DNA from: Promethearchaeati archaeon
GTDB taxonomy: Archaea; Asgardarchaeota; Heimdallarchaeia; Heimdallarchaeales; Heimdallarchaeaceae
DNA: 64,000 nucleotides
Direction of reading: 5' to 3'
NCBI GenBank assembly: GCA_013166775.1
Contig: JABLTJ010000027.1
Coordinates: forward strand, 1-64,000
The notes under the pieces were generated by a model. That model was not told where the DNA came from, made no database searches, and saw nothing but the letters and a program-made list of their open reading frames with translations. Positions 50,893-59,213 of the stretch are shown piece after piece. Numbering within the stretch: position 1 is the stretch's first letter; each line of letters starts with the position of its first letter. The translations under genes and the position numbers were made by a program.

Positions 50893-51462
50893 TTAAAGCA
50901 ACTGCAGGAATTCTTTGGCAAAATTTTCAATCTGAATCCAATCCCGAAGATCAGTTATTTCTTTGGTAGAGTCGGTTTCTAATCCAGTTTGCTTCCCAAC
51001 CATTACTAGTATTTTTTTATCAAGCCAGCTCATCCTTGATGTTTTAGATAGATCCATTAAACCTCCAAAAGCATCAAAAAGATCTACTTTTTCCACTCCT
51101 AGTTTGTTTAGTGCATCCTTTGTGTATTCTACTTTCACTTTCTCATAATGTTCTGGAACTGCAGCATAACCAGAGCTAACGAAGAACCCCAGCTTTCCCT
51201 TAAATGAGTTAAGAGCATCCTTTTTCTTTGTTATAAAATTCTTTACATGTTTTGTCCATTGACCTATTTTTATACTAGTTCCAATTAAGATTCCAGCATA
51301 ATTATCGAAGGATAAATATTCATCATTTGCAGGTGGTTTTTTCAGATCTACAACTAAAACGTCAAATTCGTTTTCACCTAGAATGCTAGCTATTCGTTCA
51401 GAGATACCTTCTGTACTTCCGTAACGTGTCCCATACAAAATCAATACTTTCTTTTTATTCAT
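50893..51462 (-). CDS. Flavodoxin-domain (HemG-like) protein
   Basis: LILYGTRYGSTEGI, FGG, DLRDWIQI..FA. Confidence 0.88.
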   Translation of the reverse strand: MNKKKVLILYGTRYGSTEGISERIASILGENEFDVLVVDLKKPPANDEYLSFDNYAGILIGTSIKIGQWTKHVKNFITKKKDALNSFKGKLGFFVSSGYAAVPEHYEKVKVEYTKDALNKLGVEKVDLFDAFGGLMDLSKTSRMSWLDKKILVMVGKQTGLETDSTKEITDLRDWIQIENFAKEFLQLL

Positions 51463-51508
51463 TATTATCTACTCACATTTCATTTTAAGATTTTAACTCA
51501 ATCTCTAT

Positions 51509-52054
51509 TTACTTATTCTTCTTAAATTTCAGACCAGGAATCCATTTAGCTACACTCTTCCTGTAATTCTCATAATCCTCTCCGAATTGAGCTAATAATA
51601 ATCTTTCTTCATAAGAGGAGATGAAATCATAGAAAATAATTATGATAATCCAAAATCCTAGGGATGCTAGAGAAAAAGTTGCAAGAAATAATCCCAAGAA
51701 TAGTAAGATAAATCCTAAATACATTGGATGTCGTACAACTGCAAATACTCCTTTTTTTATTACTCCATGTTCATCTCTTTCTTCACCAAAAACCATTCCG
51801 TGAGCTTTGAATGCTAAAAAACCAGCAAAAATCAAAGTAAAGCTTGAAAGAATTCCTCTAACATAATTAGGAACATATTGAATAAGAAAAGTAGAGAATT
51901 TAAAAACAAAGGAATCCAAAATCCAGAGGACTAGAAAACTGAAAAGCAAAATCAGTTGTCCAATATCTGAAAGTTTGTGTTCTCCAGCTAAATCAATTCT
52001 ATGTTCATATTCTTTCCTTTTGTGCCCTTTGATTTCTTCTTCTCTTTTATTCAT
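51509..52054 (-). CDS. ICMT/PEMT-family membrane methyltransferase
   Basis: GVFAVVRHPMYLG, EERLL..FGEDY..Y...V.KWIP. Confidence 0.9.
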   Translation of the reverse strand: MNKREEEIKGHKRKEYEHRIDLAGEHKLSDIGQLILLFSFLVLWILDSFVFKFSTFLIQYVPNYVRGILSSFTLIFAGFLAFKAHGMVFGEERDEHGVIKKGVFAVVRHPMYLGFILLFLGLFLATFSLASLGFWIIIIIFYDFISSYEERLLLAQFGEDYENYRKSVAKWIPGLKFKKNK

Positions 52055-52102
52055 AAAGAAAATATTGTATGTTTATTATTTATTTGTTTGTAAATACGAA
52101 GT

Positions 52103-52588
52103 TTGCATCAATCCTTAAAGTTTATTAGGTTAGGTTATAACATCTACGAGATGACAACAATCACTAAAAGCGAAACCAGGAAGAAACCAAATAGTTTTTT
52201 CAAATATCTAGCAATATTTGTAGGTCTTCTTGTAATTGGAACTTTAGTAACAGCTCTAGTTTTGATGTTCACATCATTTAGCTTTAACGGAGGAGAATTT
52301 AATATTGATAGACTGAACCTTTCAACATATTTGTTATATGGTGTTGCAGGATCATTCCCGTTAATCTTTATGCCGACAATTTTTCTATGGGTTTTTTCGA
52401 GAAGAAAAAGTATAATGAATAATGTGAAAATCAGTATGCAAGCCAGAGGAATAGGTCCTTTTGCAGCTAGCTTTCAACATCCAGGAGTAAAAAATGCTAG
52501 ATTTTGTGAATATTGTGGGTATGAAGTTAGAACAGGAGAACGAGAATGTCCAGAATGCAGTGGGCCTGTAAGAAAGTTAGATATATAA
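52103..52588 (+). CDS. 2-TM protein with C-terminal double zinc ribbon
   Basis: FCEYCGY..CPECSG; probable start ATG 52151. Confidence 0.8.
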   Translation: MHQSLKFIRLGYNIYEMTTITKSETRKKPNSFFKYLAIFVGLLVIGTLVTALVLMFTSFSFNGGEFNIDRLNLSTYLLYGVAGSFPLIFMPTIFLWVFSRRKSIMNNVKISMQARGIGPFAASFQHPGVKNARFCEYCGYEVRTGERECPECSGPVRKLDI

Positions 52589-52880
52589 TTGATAGACTTT
52601 TAAAGACTAAGCTTTTAACGAATCATTTTCTAAATATTAGAATCTACTTGTAGATTCTTACTTCATTTTGTAATCTGTTTTATTTCAAAAACAAAGCTTT
52701 TAATAAAGCAATAAACACTCTTCGTTTTGAAACCACTCTCTTGATTCACAGAAGGGAAGGGTCACAGGAAAGCGTTTAGCAAGAAAAGGAAGAAAAAATC
52801 TTTTGCTTATTGTTTTTCAGTATTTCATTTTAAGGTCGCACTATAGAAATCGATAAAAAGATAAATTTTGTAGCATAAAC

Positions 52881-53318
52881 ATGATAAGATCTCTCTACAT
52901 TATGTCACCAGGAGGTGTTCCAGTCTATTATTATGATAGGATTCTGCAGGAAGATAAGGTAGCAGATGCGATTCTCTTTACGGCATTAATTACAGCGATT
53001 AAGAATTTCATGATAGAGACCGATGTAGGAGAACCTGAAGTTTTTTCAACCAAAACAAGAGAAGTATACTTGGAATCAACGGATTGTTTTAGTGTAGCTC
53101 TAATAAAAGATGTGGATGATACTATTCATACTACAATCGTCAAAGGACTCCTTTCAGACCTTACTTCCGAACTTTATTTTGTTTTAGGTGATGATCAAGC
53201 TTGTAACGTAATAGATTTGGAACAAGCAGAGATGGTAAAAGATATAGCAGACTTGGTAATAAATGAGTGGGAGAAAAAAATAGAACTGGAAAGAAAAGAA
53301 AAAGAAGAAAAAGAATAA
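52881..53318 (+). CDS. Longin-like domain protein
   Basis: MIRSLYIM..GGVPVY..D..LFTALITAI.NF..E pattern (beta-beta-alpha-beta-beta-beta-alpha-alpha). Confidence 0.7.
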   Translation: MIRSLYIMSPGGVPVYYYDRILQEDKVADAILFTALITAIKNFMIETDVGEPEVFSTKTREVYLESTDCFSVALIKDVDDTIHTTIVKGLLSDLTSELYFVLGDDQACNVIDLEQAEMVKDIADLVINEWEKKIELERKEKEEKE

Positions 53319-53336
53319 CTTTTTTTTGGTATTTAC

Positions 53337-54185
53337 TCATCTTGATCTTTCAAGCATTACAGAAGTTGCGGCTGAAATATACATCAGTGCTTGGAAAGTT
53401 TTGTATGCATCTATCATTGTAGAAGTTGTATATTCAATATTCAATGCATCTGTTCTTTTGACAAAAGGTAAAAGTGCTATAGCATCTGCCTGATGTGTAT
53501 CCCTTAATGTTAACTTTACTTCAACTGGTGTCTTAGTTACAAGGGGTTGGACATTCTTTTCACTGAAATTGGAATGAGCTCTATTGACTGCATTTCGTAA
53601 ATCTTTCTCTATTTTCACCAAGCTTGGACTTTTCGCAGAGAGTCTGCTATATGATTGTTTGAGAGCAACCGTTTCTGACCAAGGGGCATAAGTCTTCACA
53701 TCATCCTCAAGGAGTTGTCTGTCACCTGCAACAAGAATCACAGGAACATTAAGTTCTCCAGCTACGTAAGCATTCAAAAGAAATTCACTTGACTCAACAC
53801 CATTTACCAAGATTTTGTGTACTGAACCTCCACTGTAAGTATGATCAAAAGTAGAATTCTCAGTTGCTGCTTTTGCATGATAGCCTAAGAACAGTGCTAC
53901 ATCACATTCAGCTACACCTGCAACCATACTTGTTGGTCGTAAACTACCACGAATTATTTCCACGCATTCTGGTAAATCATCAACAAGCAGATTTACCATG
54001 GGACCATGGGAATCAGCTATGATAATCTTATCAAAACCATTTTTGTGTAATTGATCTGTTACGACTAAGGTAATTTTGGTTGCAATTTTCCTTACTTCTT
54101 CGTACTGTGCACCTTTGAGGTTCAAATGACCAGGTATTACCACGTATGGCATTCCTTCTAAATCAACAGAGATAAATGCTTTCAT
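53337..54185 (-). CDS. dppA: D-aminopeptidase, M55 family
   Basis: MKAFISVDLEG, ADSHG, LGYHAKA, DHTYS, VPVILVAGD. Confidence 0.92.
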   Translation of the reverse strand: MKAFISVDLEGMPYVVIPGHLNLKGAQYEEVRKIATKITLVVTDQLHKNGFDKIIIADSHGPMVNLLVDDLPECVEIIRGSLRPTSMVAGVAECDVALFLGYHAKAATENSTFDHTYSGGSVHKILVNGVESSEFLLNAYVAGELNVPVILVAGDRQLLEDDVKTYAPWSETVALKQSYSRLSAKSPSLVKIEKDLRNAVNRAHSNFSEKNVQPLVTKTPVEVKLTLRDTHQADAIALLPFVKRTDALNIEYTTSTMIDAYKTFQALMYISAATSVMLERSR

Positions 54186-54280
54186 CTAATTCACTTCATA
54201 ATAAATTGTCGAAAACTAATTAAAGTATTTCGCACACAAACTAGTTTGTAACTAAATCATACTGACTTTGATGTGATTGT

Positions 54281-55138
54281 TTGAAAATCAAGATAAAGTG
54301 CATTTATGATAGTAATATTAGACAAATAGATAATTTTGGCTCCTTCAATGGAGTATCCTTTCTTCTTGAAACAAATAGAGGTAAAATGCTGTTTGATACT
54401 GGACTGGTCAGTTGGAGATTACTAAGAAATTTAAAAAATCTAGAAATTTCTCCTAATAGTATAGATAGAGTAGCAATTTCACATGGACACATGGATCATG
54501 TACGAGGAATCAAAGCACTCGCAAAAGTCCGATCAACTGACACGAAACTGAAGATTTTTGCTCATCCGAATATTATGGAGACAAAGAAAGCATGTTTTTA
54601 TGGAATTAAGCTTTGGAATGCAGGCTTTCCAAAAATGACAACAGAACTAATGGACAAACTGGATTTTGATTACAGCAAAGAACTTCGCGAGATTGAACCT
54701 CAAATATTTCTGTCAGGAGAAATCCCGTTTGAGAAAAGAAAGGAAGAACAGAATTTATCACAATTTTTCTGGCACAAAGTTAATGGAAATTGGAAACACG
54801 ATCCAATCATAGAAGAACAATGTATGATAATTAAGACTAGTAAGGGTTTAGTAATAATGTCTGGAGATTGCCATATAGGATTAAAAAACACTTTATTCAG
54901 GGTTAGAGAGTTATTTGATGAAAAAATTTATGCTTTTATTGGAGGACTACATTTGACTAAATCAACCACTAAGAAAATTACCAAAATTACTGAGGCGATT
55001 GAGCAAAACTTCAGTCACATAAAGTTTTACCTTAATCATACTTCAATTGTAAGAGCAATCAGTCATTTCAGAAAAAAGTTAGGTGAGGATATTATTAATA
55101 ATTTCTTTTTAGGTTCAGAATTAATTTTTGAATATTAA
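54281..55138 (+). CDS. MBL-fold hydrolase (MJ0301/MJ0448-like)
   Basis: LFDTG, ISHGHMDH, D.I.EEQ..I..KGLVI.SG.CH.G, IGGLHL. Confidence 0.85.
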   Translation: MKIKIKCIYDSNIRQIDNFGSFNGVSFLLETNRGKMLFDTGLVSWRLLRNLKNLEISPNSIDRVAISHGHMDHVRGIKALAKVRSTDTKLKIFAHPNIMETKKACFYGIKLWNAGFPKMTTELMDKLDFDYSKELREIEPQIFLSGEIPFEKRKEEQNLSQFFWHKVNGNWKHDPIIEEQCMIIKTSKGLVIMSGDCHIGLKNTLFRVRELFDEKIYAFIGGLHLTKSTTKKITKITEAIEQNFSHIKFYLNHTSIVRAISHFRKKLGEDIINNFFLGSELIFEY

Positions 55139-55151
55139 AAAAAGAAGGGAA

Positions 55152-55820
55152 TTATTTTCCCACTTCTTTAAGAATCTGTGGAATAAGATTTTTAAAATCA
55201 GCAGTTTCAGGAATTCCTTGGTAAGGATCACCCTGTCGAACAACATTCAATATAGCTACATCAGCACCATTAAAATAAGCAGAACGAATTCCACTTGGTT
55301 CTAAACCCCCAGCTACAGAAATGAAAGAATCAAACTTAGAATGTGTTTTTGCTATATCTTTATACCGTATAATCTTTCTTCTTGTGCTCTCCTCATCTCT
55401 TCCCTTATGAATTACAATAAAATCTGGTTTAGTCTTCAATGCTAAAAGATGTTTTAGTGGATTCTCTACACCAAGCATATCAACCATAGAATATATACCT
55501 CTTGAAGTACACGTTTGATTAAAGAGATCAATGGTTTCCGTAGGAGCTGAACCCATGACAGTTACTGCAGTAGCACCTGCCTGTGAAGCAAACATAACTT
55601 CATTCACGGCTCCATCTGTAACCTTCAAATCTGCTACAACAAGCCCTTTCCAATATCTTCTAATGAGTCCTACTCCAGCCATTCCAGTTAGTTTGATATA
55701 AGGTGTACCCGCTTCAATGATAATTCGTGAATCGTAAGGAATCTTTGGTAATATTCTTCGAACTTGGCTTGCATCAGAGTTAAACGCTATTTGGAGATAG
55801 CGAGTATTGGGATCTAACAA
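55152..55820 (-). CDS. 3-hexulose-6-phosphate synthase-like (OMPDC/HUMPS barrel)
   Basis: YLQIA, IIEAGTP.IK..G, ADLK..DG, VAGG. Confidence 0.82.
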   Translation of the reverse strand: MLDPNTRYLQIAFNSDASQVRRILPKIPYDSRIIIEAGTPYIKLTGMAGVGLIRRYWKGLVVADLKVTDGAVNEVMFASQAGATAVTVMGSAPTETIDLFNQTCTSRGIYSMVDMLGVENPLKHLLALKTKPDFIVIHKGRDEESTRRKIIRYKDIAKTHSKFDSFISVAGGLEPSGIRSAYFNGADVAILNVVRQGDPYQGIPETADFKNLIPQILKEVGK

Positions 55821-55831
55821 TTAACTCCCCT

Positions 55832-56611
55832 TTATTTGGTTACTTTTTTTACCGCGTCTGTTATCCCTTCAGAAATATCATTAGGCATGAATATGACAAT
55901 TTTCTCACTTGGGTCTTGAGCAATATCCCTGATAGTTTGAAGTGTTCGTAGAGCTAAAGCACCTTTTTGTTTGGATAAGTTTTCAGCAGCATCAGCGAGG
56001 TTTTGAGATGCTTTAAGTTCTCCTTCTGATTGAATGATTGCAGCTCTTTTCTCTCTTTCAGCTTCAGCTTGCTTTGCGAAAGCTCTTTTCATTTCTCCTG
56101 GTAATTCAATCTCTTGGATTTTTATACCTTGGATATCTATTCCCCACTCACTTGTTTCCTTGTCTACAATCTCTCTGATATCTTGTGCGATTTTATCTCT
56201 TTCAATTAGAACTTGATCAAGTTCCATAGTGCCCATCGTGTCACGAAGAGCTGCTTGAGTGTATTGACGAACAGCATAAACATAATTCTCGATTTTGATA
56301 ACTGCATCTGCAGGTCTTTCAACTTTGAAATAAACCACAGTATTAGCTAAAACAGGTATATTATCCTTGGTCATCACTTCTTGTCTAGGGATATCCTGAG
56401 TAATTATTCTCAAATCAACTTTTCTAGCTGATTCCACAAATGGTGTAACATAGACCAATCCTGGACCAAGAGTTCTTTTGTATCTTCCAAATCTAAAGAC
56501 TACTATTCGCTCATATTCCATTGTAATTTTTATTCCCGCTAAGAACGTAATTATTAGTACGAAAGCTAAGATAGAAACTATTACTATTACAATTGTCCAA
56601 TAAAATTCCAT
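55832..56611 (-). CDS. Stomatin/slipin (SPFH) protein
   Basis: EYERIVVFRFGR, DLR..DIP.QEVMTKDN, QAEAERE.RA.II..EGE, LRTLQT. Confidence 0.95.
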   Translation of the reverse strand: MEFYWTIVIVIVSILAFVLIITFLAGIKITMEYERIVVFRFGRYKRTLGPGLVYVTPFVESARKVDLRIITQDIPRQEVMTKDNIPVLANTVVYFKVERPADAVIKIENYVYAVRQYTQAALRDTMGTMELDQVLIERDKIAQDIREIVDKETSEWGIDIQGIKIQEIELPGEMKRAFAKQAEAEREKRAAIIQSEGELKASQNLADAAENLSKQKGALALRTLQTIRDIAQDPSEKIVIFMPNDISEGITDAVKKVTK

Positions 56612-56756
56612 TACATTGATTCTCCTTGTTAATTTAATTGTAATTTATCAAAGAGTTCTATTTAATGTTTTGTGAATACCTAAAAAATTTGAGAATGTAT
56701 TCTCAAGGAATACTTGATAATAGAACTCTTATAAGTGCATAATTAACTCAATAATT

Positions 56757-57635
56757 ATGTCAGACTACATAATAAAAAAATATGAAGAAGGATTTATTGA
56801 AGAACAAGTAAAAGTAGGAACTGAAGCTATAAAAGACTGGAAATATTTCGGTCAAACTCAAGCAGAACAACTAAAAGAAGCTTATTCTAGAGAGGATTTT
56901 GATCCTGAAACTAGATTATATTGTTTTAAAGATGATAAGATGGTTGGTTTTTTAACTGCTAGAGTAGTTGAGAGAGAGGATACAAAATTTGGTTTTCTAA
57001 GATTACCTTTCTTTTTACCAGAGCACGAAGAAGTTGCAGAATTACTATTCAATGAAGTTGTTGAGGTTTTTAAGAAAAAAGGAGTAGATAATATCAGAGC
57101 TGAAGGTTCAGAAGTTTGGGGAAACACTCTGGATTTGATAAAAAAATGGAATTTCAGAGAAAAAGAAACTAGTTTCTATACTTATGAATTAGATTTGAAA
57201 GATTTGAAAGACCTTGAAGTTGATGAAACGATAGAAGTGGTGGATTTTGATTTCGATAAAGATCTAGACCAAATGGTTAAGATTTTCATAGAAGAGTTCA
57301 GTTATACAGAGGAACAAGCAAAGCAGAATTTCGAGACAATCAAAAACTTCGAAGGTGTCTATGCTCATTTAATAGTTAAAGAAGATGATAAAATTAAGGG
57401 GAGAGCATTAGCTTATTTCACTGATGATATAAAAGTAGCAATTAATGGATACATATATGGGGAACCTAATATTCAAAAAACACTTCAGAAAGCAATTTTT
57501 GAAAAGTCTAAAGAAAAAGAAGTAGAAAGAATGCAGATGTTCTTCAATCCTAGGAATGAAAACACAATCCCGACATATGAGGAGTATGGATTTAAGCTTG
57601 GATGCAAAGGAATTGTTTTTGAGAAAGATATCTAA
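56757..57635 (+). CDS. GNAT-fold protein (tandem)
   Basis: FDPETRLYCF...KMVGF, YEEYGF. Confidence 0.75.
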   Translation: MSDYIIKKYEEGFIEEQVKVGTEAIKDWKYFGQTQAEQLKEAYSREDFDPETRLYCFKDDKMVGFLTARVVEREDTKFGFLRLPFFLPEHEEVAELLFNEVVEVFKKKGVDNIRAEGSEVWGNTLDLIKKWNFREKETSFYTYELDLKDLKDLEVDETIEVVDFDFDKDLDQMVKIFIEEFSYTEEQAKQNFETIKNFEGVYAHLIVKEDDKIKGRALAYFTDDIKVAINGYIYGEPNIQKTLQKAIFEKSKEKEVERMQMFFNPRNENTIPTYEEYGFKLGCKGIVFEKDI

Positions 57636-57882
57636 CTTATCTTCTTCCTTTCCATTTTTTTATTCTGGAGGTTTTGTAGGGATATCAGAACCATCAGGAA
57701 AAATCCATAGAAACATTTTCTTAAATGATCTCCACTGAAAACGGAGTATAATTCTTATCTCAATCTGATTATCTTTTTCACTAATAAAATCAACCTACAT
57801 TGTTTTAACTAAAGAATTATTGTCTATTATGGGCATAAAGAAAATTCGTTAACGTATTGATTTTTATTTTGAAGAAGACATT

Positions 57883-58869
57883 TCATGCATATTTATCTGG
57901 TAAATGAACAATAAAACTGCATTTTTCATCTCCTTTGAGTACAGAATCAATTACATCTACTCTAACTGGTTGGTTTAAGATGGAATCCCACTGTTGTTTA
58001 TAATAACCAGCACTGCAATAGCAGAACATAGCTGAAATGTCCATATCTCCTTTCTTTATAGAATCTCTAATCCAGGGACAATGACAATAATAATAGCTCT
58101 TCATTTTAGGATCTTTCTCAAGTAAATACTCTTTAGTCAAAAAGGGGATTTTAGTTATGATAACTTTATCTCCTTCACGTTTTCCTGACTCAATCGTCTG
58201 ATCTTTACTTACATAATCAATTACAGACTCATCAACTTCCTGTGTGTAAAATTTAGTTCCTTCTTCAAGATTCTTTGTGAGATTAGCAATAAGTCTCTGA
58301 TGCTTTTGAAAAAGAAAATCATCAAGATTTTCAGCAGCAAGGAATTGAGCCCGAAGCCTTTGCAAAGTTCCAGAACCAATGATGTGAATACCACTAGAAA
58401 GAATTTCTTTGCATTTCTCACAAGGAAGATTTTCTTCAAGGTTATCAATAATCTTCTTGGTGAAAAAAGGTTTATCTTCATGTGGTGTCCTTAAAGGAGG
58501 AAGTTCAAATCCTTCCATGGTTCTGTTGAAAGTTTCTTTGTCAACACTCTGTTGTAATTTTTCAACCAAAGTGTCTAAAACCTTAGCACCATCAAGGATA
58601 TCATAGAGGAAAAGAGTCAAATCCTCTCTTTTAGCAAAAAGGGAATAGCGAACCACAGCAGCTAGATTATCCCAAGAATCTTTTTTATTTTCAGTTAAAT
58701 TACTGATAAAGAAATCCAAATCTTCAACTGTGCATTTGTCTAATCCGTTCTTTTCTTTTTCAGTATTCAATAATGATCTAAATTCCCTTAATAAAGAGAG
58801 ATTTTGCTCAATATCCTCTGTTTTTGTTTTTAGTTTTGTACAGTATTCCACAAAAGAAAGTTCGTCCAT
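57883..58869 (-). CDS. DUF6144-like Cys-motif protein
   Basis: YYCHCPW, FCYCSAGY..PVRVDV..SVLKGD..C.F.VHLP. Confidence 0.8.
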   Translation of the reverse strand: MDELSFVEYCTKLKTKTEDIEQNLSLLREFRSLLNTEKEKNGLDKCTVEDLDFFISNLTENKKDSWDNLAAVVRYSLFAKREDLTLFLYDILDGAKVLDTLVEKLQQSVDKETFNRTMEGFELPPLRTPHEDKPFFTKKIIDNLEENLPCEKCKEILSSGIHIIGSGTLQRLRAQFLAAENLDDFLFQKHQRLIANLTKNLEEGTKFYTQEVDESVIDYVSKDQTIESGKREGDKVIITKIPFLTKEYLLEKDPKMKSYYYCHCPWIRDSIKKGDMDISAMFCYCSAGYYKQQWDSILNQPVRVDVIDSVLKGDEKCSFIVHLPDKYA

Positions 58870-59213
58870 TTATTTCATCTCATTTTATAATATGATGGTC
58901 TCAATAGTTGAGAAACTTATACGTGTTTTGGTAGGGTAAAAAGTAAAAACAGTTCTTCTGACTTGTTTTTTTTCTTACAGTAATTATTTTAAACTCATTC
59001 ATGGCATACATCTTGGTTTTTTAAATGAAAACGCCTATAGAATAAGAAACAGATAAAAAAATCCCATCCAATCGGAGAGCTTTATCTGTACTTTTTCTTT
59101 CAGTTTTAGAGATAAATAAGAATTAAATGTAGAAATATGATAAATTTTAACCTCTTTTGAAAATTCTTAAGAAAAAAAATAAAAATAAGTAAAGCTTCTT
59201 TGTTAACTTAAGA

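Noticed and set aside
52730-52820. Purine-rich tract with weak pairing upstream of the longin-like gene
   Set aside because: Stems are short and imperfect; no recognisable RNA motif
57660-57836. 58-codon minus-strand frame with internal TAG (..FQWRSFKKMFLWIFP..)
   Set aside because: Possibly a gene remnant, but too short to assign
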